Assembly: GCA_963702435.1 (NCBI GenBank)
Contig: CAVPCR010000002.1
Location: 256,001-320,000 of the forward strand
Direction: 5' to 3'
Length of the DNA stretch: 64,000 bases
From: Candidatus Eiseniibacteriota bacterium
GTDB taxonomy: Bacteria; Eisenbacteria; RBG-16-71-46; CAVPCR01
Shown: piece after piece, positions 56,244 to 64,000 of the stretch
Position numbering within the stretch: the first letter of the stretch is position 1
Layout of the letters: each line of letters starts with the position of its first letter
Notes under the pieces: generated by a model
Told to the model about the DNA's origin: nothing
Database searches by the model: none
The model's input: only the letters and a program-made list of their open reading frames with translations
Translations under genes and position numbers: made by a program

Positions 56244-57352
56244 GACTCCTCGGTGGAGCGCACACCGTCGCCGGCACGCATGCCGATTCCGGCGCGATCG
56301 CCATTGCTGGTGCCGCCGCCCCCGCCCGCCTCGCGCTCGGCGAGGAGGGCGGCCACCTGGGCCTTGAGCGCCGCGATCTCGCGCAGGATCTCCGGCGTGC
56401 GGCGGATGGCCGCGTAGACGCGCTTCGACTGGTGGAGCGGCATCGCCGGCGTGCCCCACAGCTGCTCGCCGGGCGGCACCGAGGCGATGACCCCGGCCTG
56501 GCCGCCGATCTGGGCGCCGTCGCCGATCACGACGTGGCCGGCGATCCCGGCCTGCCCGGCCAGGATGACCCCTTGCCCGATGACGGCGGAGCCGCCGATC
56601 CCGACCTGGGCGATCACGAGCGAGTCGGCGCCGATCCGCACGTTGTGCCCGACATGCACCAGGTTGTCGAACTTGGTGCCGCGCTCGATCACCGTATCAC
56701 CCAGCGTGCCCCGATCGATGGCGCAGGACGCTCCGATCTCGACATCGTCTCCGATCACCACCCGTCCGATCTGCGGCACCTTGATGTGGCGATCCCCCTC
56801 GCGCCGGAAGCCGTAGCCGTCGGAACCGATGACGCTGCCCGAGTGCACGATCACGCGGTCGCCGAGCACGCACTCCTCGCGCAGCACGACCTGGGGATAG
56901 ATGAGGCCGTCGGTGCCGATGCAGACCCCGCGTCCCACGTAGACGAGCGCGCTCACGATCGTGCGATCGCCGACCTCGGCCCCGGCCTCGAGCACCGCGT
57001 GCGGCCCGACCGAGACCCGATCGCCCAGGCGCACGCCGGGCCCGATCACCGCCGTCGGGTGGATGCCCGGCGGCGGCGGCGGCGGCGGCGGATGGAGGAG
57101 TGCCGCCGCGGAGAAGAAGGCGCGCAGCGGATCCGGATGCTCGATCACGGGACGCGCGAAGGGGCGATGATCGGCGGCGACGAGGATGGCGGCGGCCCGG
57201 GTCGCCGCGGCGGCCTCCTCGTAGCGCGGATCGGCGAGAAAGGTCAGATCCCCCGGGCCGGCCTCCCGGATGCCGGCGACCCCGGTCACCTCGACGGCAG
57301 GATCGCCGTTGAGAACGCCCCCGATCCTGGCGGCGAGATCATCGAGCCGCAC
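56240..57352 (-). CDS. lpxD: UDP-3-O-acyl-glucosamine N-acyltransferase
   Basis: Has [35 protein letters not shown] and GIAGH. Confidence 0.96.
   Translation of the reverse strand: MRLDDLAARIGGVLNGDPAVEVTGVAGIREAGPGDLTFLADPRYEEAAAATRAAAILVAADHRPFARPVIEHPDPLRAFFSAAALLHPPPPPPPPGIHPTAVIGPGVRLGDRVSVGPHAVLEAGAEVGDRTIVSALVYVGRGVCIGTDGLIYPQVVLREECVLGDRVIVHSGSVIGSDGYGFRREGDRHIKVPQIGRVVIGDDVEIGASCAIDRGTLGDTVIERGTKFDNLVHVGHNVRIGADSLVIAQVGIGGSAVIGQGVILAGQAGIAGHVVIGDGAQIGGQAGVIASVPPGEQLWGTPAMPLHQSKRVYAAIRRTPEILREIAALKAQVAALLAEREAGGGGGTSNGDRAGIGMRAGDGVRSTEES
57068..57091 (-). repeat. (CCG)8 trinucleotide run encoding Pro8 in LpxD
   Basis: Read directly. Confidence 0.95.
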
Positions 57353-57376
57353 GCTCGTCCACCTCTTCCCCGCCCG

Positions 57377-58060
57377 TCACTCGTTCGAGCCCCCGCCGAC
57401 CGGCGGCTGGGGAGTGCCCGGCTGTGGTTGTTGTTGCTGCTGCTGTCCGGCGGGTTGCGTGGGCATCCCCTCGGCCATCTTCGCCAGCACGCGGTCGGTC
57501 AGGTCGAAGTCCTTGTTGGCCCAGACCAGGTTCGCATCACTCGCGTCGAAGACGAAGTCGTAGCCCTCGTCGCGCGCGATCAGACTCACCGCTTCCTTGA
57601 CCTTCTCGAGGATGGCCTTGGTCAGCTCGTAGTTCCGCTTGTCGACGAGGCCGCCGTCCCCGTAGACCTCCTTGACGCGCCGCTCGTACTCGCCGGCGAA
57701 CTGGGTGCGCCGCTGCTCGAGCTCCTGCCGCTTGGTCTCGGACACGAGGAGCCGCTTCTGCTCGATCTCCTGCTCGATGTCGATGATCTGCTTCTTCTTC
57801 TCCTCGAGCTCGCGGTTCCAGGTCTCGATGTCGCGGTTGAGCGCCTGCTCGGCGTCGCGGCTCCCCTGGTACTCGGCTTCCGGCCCGATGATGCGCCAGC
57901 TCGTGACGTAGGCGATCCGGGCCTGGGCCGCCGCGGTGCCGGGCAGGAGCCCGCCCGCGAGGGCGCCGAGGACGAGCACGGGCAGGAACCGGCGCGCGCG
58001 CAGGGAACGGGGAGGCGACGTGAACGGCGGGCCGGAGATGGCGTTGGTCATGTTCGTCAT
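57377..58060 (-). CDS. skp: OmpH/Skp periplasmic chaperone
   Basis: Signal peptide, RIAYV, coiled coil and GYDFVFD...DLTDRVL, between bamA and lpxD. Start uncertain (58060 or 58051). Confidence 0.9.
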   Translation of the reverse strand: MTNMTNAISGPPFTSPPRSLRARRFLPVLVLGALAGGLLPGTAAAQARIAYVTSWRIIGPEAEYQGSRDAEQALNRDIETWNRELEEKKKQIIDIEQEIEQKRLLVSETKRQELEQRRTQFAGEYERRVKEVYGDGGLVDKRNYELTKAILEKVKEAVSLIARDEGYDFVFDASDANLVWANKDFDLTDRVLAKMAEGMPTQPAGQQQQQQPQPGTPQPPVGGGSNE

Positions 58061-58168
58061 CCAGAAACCGGGAGCTTAGCCCACTCCCGACCGGCTGGAA
58101 AGCCCATTGTGGGCCGGGCACCGGTTGCGCCGGCCGGGCTCGGGGCGAACCCGCGATTCGCGTTCAAA

Positions 58169-60574
58169 CTAGAACTGCGCGCCGATCAGGAAGTGCGGCT
58201 CCCAGCGGGCGCCGCCCAGGCGATCGAAGCCGAATCCGTAGTCGAAGCCGATCATGCCGAGGAGCGGGATCTCGAGCCGCACGCCGATGCCGGCGCCCTT
58301 GCGCAGATCGCCGAGCCGCACCTCGTCGGTCGAGTTCCAGGTGTCGCCGACGTCCATGAAGACGAGCCCGTGGACCGGCTCCGCGATCAGGAACTGGAGC
58401 TCCGAGGTGAAGATGAGCCCGATGCGGCCGCCGGGATAGCGATCGTTGGCCCGCGGCACGATCTCGTAGTCCGCGTAGCCGCGGAGCGCGTAGGTGGTCG
58501 AGCCGCCGAGTCGGAAGGTCTCGTAGTCGGGCACGTAGGGTGAGCCGCCGAAGCCGGTCAGGAGCCCGCCCCGCGCGCGCAGCATGAGCACCGGCCGCCA
58601 GTAGGTCGGGACATAGGTGCGCGCATCGAGCACGTGCTTCTGGAAGCTGACGTCCCCGCCGAGGAATGCGCCTGCGAACTCGGAGCGCCAGCTCACGCGA
58701 CTCCCGATCGTGGGATAGAACGGGCTGTCGGTCGAGTTGCGGCTGAACGATACCGCGATCGACGAGGTGGTCGACGACCCTGCCTGCACGTTGTACCCGG
58801 GTTCGACGTTCGAGATCTCGACGCTCTCGAGCCGGTAGCTCAGGTAGCCGCGCGTATAGTCGGGCCACTTGAGCGGCCGCCCCAGGCGGATGGCGCCGCC
58901 GCGCCGGCGGTCATCGTAGATGTCGCGGCGGATGCGGGTGTTGAACAGGTCGAAGCCGACCGAGGTCGGCGTGTCCATGAACCAGGGCTCGGTGAAGGAG
59001 ATATCCTGCTGCCCGCTCCTGCCGCCGGCCTCGATCTTGAGATTCAGCTGCTGGCCGTTCCCGAACAGGTTGTTGTGGCCCATCTCGATGAAGCCGGTGA
59101 GGCCGCCGGCGGAGGAGAAGCCGGCTCCCGCCTGCAAGGTGCCGGTCTGCTTCTCCTTGACGTCGAACACGATGTCGATGTCCGACGTGCCCTGTCCTGC
59201 CCGTTCGAAGTCGACCTTCACGTCCTCGAAGAAACCGAGCTGGAAGACCTCGCGCTGGCTGCGCACGAGGGCGGTGCGCGAGAAGCGGTCCCCGGGCCGG
59301 ATCACGAGATGGCGCCGGACCACCTTCTCCTTGGTCCGCGTGTTCCCGGTCACCCGCACCTGGCGCACCATGGACGGCTCGCCCTCGGTGACCTGGAACT
59401 CGAGCGCCACGCTCTTGTCGGTCACCGTCTTCCGCGGCTCGACGCTGACGTAGATGTAGCCTTCCTCGGCATAGGCGGAGTAGGCGTTGGAGACCGTCGT
59501 CGAGATCTTCTCGTCCGAGTACGGATCGCCCGCGAACCACGCCACCTGGCGCTCGAGCTGGGCGGTGCCGATGATCGAGTTGCCACTCCAGGTCGCTGCG
59601 CCCATCGTGTAGAAGGGGCCCGGCTCGACGCGGATGTCGATCGCGAGGAGCGGCTCGTCGGGATCGAACTCGAGGGTGTAGGAGGGTTCCTTGGCGTCCT
59701 TGTATCCCATGTTGTGCAGGTTCGCGGTGACGATCTCGAGATCGGCGCGGAGCTGCTCCTCCTTGTAGTCGCCGCCCCACAGGAGTCCCTTCTTCTTGGT
59801 CTTGATCCCCTTGAGCAGGCGATCCCGATCGAGTCCCTCGATGCCGGCGACCCGCACCGCGGAGATCTTGACCTTCCGCCCCTCGTCGACCCGGAAGGTG
59901 AGCGCCACGCGCCCGGGGCCGTCGGCCTCGCTCGCCGCGACCTCGGACCCGATCGCGACCTGGGAATAGCCCTTCTCCTTGTACGCGGCGGCGAGGGCCT
60001 TGGTCTGATCGCCCAGCACGCGATCATCGAAGATCTGGCCTTCCTTGACCGTGAGCTTCTCCTTGAGCCCGGCGTCGTCGATCTTCTTGTTACCCTCGAA
60101 CACGATGCGCCCGACGCGTCGCTTCTCGGCGACGTCCACGATCAGGCGCACCTGTCCCGGGCCCGTCTCCTCGCCGTAGATGTCCACATCGTCGAAGAGA
60201 CCGAGGGCGTACAGCTTGCGGAGGGCCTCCTTCACGTCGTCGCGACTCACCGCGCTCCCCGGCGCGAGACGGGCCGAGCTCACGATCAGCTCGCGGTCGA
60301 CCGCCTGGTTGCCGCGGACCTCGAGCGCAGTGATGGTTCCGAGCAGCTCGGCGCGAGCGGGCGCGGCCAGGGCGGCGAAGACCACGACGAGAACGAGGCC
60401 GCCGGCGGCACGGCGCAGAGCGGCCGGCGCCCCGCGCGGGGCGCGCCGGTCCGGCCGGCGCCAGGCCGCGCGGCATGGTGGCAGGGACGCTTCGCGCCCC
60501 GCGCCTCTGGGTTCTCTACCTCTGATCAGGGGTATCGGCTCCTGGCGATTCTCGACCCACCGAGCGCGGCTCAC
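58169..60574 (-). CDS. bamA: Outer membrane protein assembly factor BamA
   Basis: Five POTRA-like repeats, GNTRTKEKVVRR, NLFGNGQ, FTEPW, LRGY and a C-terminal F. Start uncertain. Confidence 0.95.
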   Translation of the reverse strand: MSRARWVENRQEPIPLIRGREPRGAGREASLPPCRAAWRRPDRRAPRGAPAALRRAAGGLVLVVVFAALAAPARAELLGTITALEVRGNQAVDRELIVSSARLAPGSAVSRDDVKEALRKLYALGLFDDVDIYGEETGPGQVRLIVDVAEKRRVGRIVFEGNKKIDDAGLKEKLTVKEGQIFDDRVLGDQTKALAAAYKEKGYSQVAIGSEVAASEADGPGRVALTFRVDEGRKVKISAVRVAGIEGLDRDRLLKGIKTKKKGLLWGGDYKEEQLRADLEIVTANLHNMGYKDAKEPSYTLEFDPDEPLLAIDIRVEPGPFYTMGAATWSGNSIIGTAQLERQVAWFAGDPYSDEKISTTVSNAYSAYAEEGYIYVSVEPRKTVTDKSVALEFQVTEGEPSMVRQVRVTGNTRTKEKVVRRHLVIRPGDRFSRTALVRSQREVFQLGFFEDVKVDFERAGQGTSDIDIVFDVKEKQTGTLQAGAGFSSAGGLTGFIEMGHNNLFGNGQQLNLKIEAGGRSGQQDISFTEPWFMDTPTSVGFDLFNTRIRRDIYDDRRRGGAIRLGRPLKWPDYTRGYLSYRLESVEISNVEPGYNVQAGSSTTSSIAVSFSRNSTDSPFYPTIGSRVSWRSEFAGAFLGGDVSFQKHVLDARTYVPTYWRPVLMLRARGGLLTGFGGSPYVPDYETFRLGGSTTYALRGYADYEIVPRANDRYPGGRIGLIFTSELQFLIAEPVHGLVFMDVGDTWNSTDEVRLGDLRKGAGIGVRLEIPLLGMIGFDYGFGFDRLGGARWEPHFLIGAQF

Positions 60575-60625
60575 TGCCGGCCCGGCCGGCCCGGCGGCGC
60601 CGCGGGGAACTTCCGCCGGGGCCGC

Positions 60626-60634
60626 ATCCTAGCA
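60626..60634 (-). promoter_or_regulatory. Putative extended -10 TGCTAGGAT for the bamA-lpx operon
   Basis: TGnTAnnnT located between the clpC terminator and the bamA start. Confidence 0.55.
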
Positions 60635-60728
60635 GGCCCCGGGGGCGTCACGGAAGCCGGCCTGGCACCCTTCGCTCCTACCCGGCCCCGGCGCCCCGGG
60701 TTTCCGGCCCCCAGCGGGGACAAGACGG

Positions 60729-60790
60729 AAAAACCCCGGCCTCGCCCGCTCGCCCCCGGGCCGGCCCGGGGAGAGGAGGCAAGGCCGGGG
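60729..60790 (-). terminator. Probable intrinsic terminator downstream of clpC
   Basis: On the minus strand, a 13-bp stem CCCCGGCCTTGCC...GGCGAGGCCGGGG (one G-U pair) is followed by TTTTT, starting 30 nt after the clpC stop. Confidence 0.7.
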
Positions 60791-60820
60791 CGTCCACCGC
60801 CGGCCGGGCTCCCTGGTTCC

Positions 60821-63324
<2,504 letters not shown>

Positions 63325-63376
63325 CCCTTGTCTCCTTCGCTCGCGCGGTCGAACCGCGGGCGCCGGGGCCTGCGAT

Positions 63377-64000
63377 CTAGCCCTTGAGTCCGGGGGTGAG
63401 TCGCTCGCGCACGAGATCGGCGCGGAAGGCGTTGCGCTCCGTCTCGCTCATCTCGCGGCCGGCCATCTTGGTCAGATGGGCCGGCTGGGTGAGGACCAGG
63501 AGCTCGTTCAAGGCCAGGAGATCCACCGGGATGCCGATCCCGAGCGCCACGCCGAAGCGCACGGCGGACACCAGGTTGATCACCTCGGTCGCGGTCGAGC
63601 ACCCGGGCGCTCTGCAGGGTGCCGAGGGCACGAAAGATCTTGTCCTCGATCTGGAGCCGCGCTTCCTTGAGCAGGATGCGACGGGCCCGGATCTCCGCCT
63701 CCATCACCTGGCGCGTGACCTTCTCCAGGTTGTCGATGGTCTCGCGCTCGGAGACGCCGAGCGTCTGCTGGTTCGAGACCTGGAAGAAGTTGCCGAGGAT
63801 CTCCGATCCCTCGCCGTAGAACCCGCGCACCGCGAGCCCCACCTGGCTGATGCCGCGGAGCACCTGGCGGATCTTCTTGGTCAGGACGAGGGACGGCAGG
63901 TGGAGGAGGACCGAGAGCGCGCATCCCGGTGCCGACATTGGTCGGACACGCGGTCAGGTAGCCGAGGTCGTCCGAGTAGGCGAACTCGAGCGCCGCATCG
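63377..64000 (-). CDS. mcsB: Protein arginine kinase McsB, 3' part (frameshifted; 5' end outside the window)
   Basis: Has [42 protein letters not shown] and RADLVRE. +1 insertions near 63915 and 63597. Directly upstream of clpC. Confidence 0.88.

Overview
This is a very GC-rich, gene-dense window from a diderm bacterium. The LpxC-FabZ fusion, FlgD-Ig/T9SS-type C-terminal domains, a PorZ-like protein and mcsB-clpC next to bamA point to an FCB-superphylum lineage such as Ca. Eisenbacteria/Krumholzibacteriota; this is inference. Almost the whole window is one cell-envelope super-locus. The minus-strand block from 64 kb leftward runs mcsB-clpC (frameshifted, probably sequencing errors), terminator, bamA-skp-lpxD-lpxC/fabZ-lpxA-gnnA-like-lpxB-waaA-lpxK, nadB, AmmeMemoRadiSam B, Minf_1886-like, msbA, GT9, DUF2723/TMEM260-like GT-C with TPRs, epimerase, GTs, Wzx, AsnB, YfhO with a polyprenol-P-sugar synthase, a GT2 fusion, then a PorZ-like gene heading a GT-C/CapD/GNAT/GT4/flippase unit. 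The plus-strand block holds an AsnB-like gene, a deacetylase, a coupled GT-C/eukaryote-type UGM-like/GT2 cassette followed by a deacetylase and a GT4, and a 1462-aa SGNH repeat protein with a CTD. A 5-domain ribosomal S1 paralog lies on the minus strand within this block. The best candidate for an undescribed system is a periplasmic lipid-linked glycosylation network (four GT-C-type transferases, three polyprenyl-P-sugar synthases) linked to lipid A synthesis and a T9SS-like PorZ/CTD cargo pair. No rRNA, tRNA, CRISPR array or mobile element was recognised. All functional calls come from motif recognition by eye; no searches were run.
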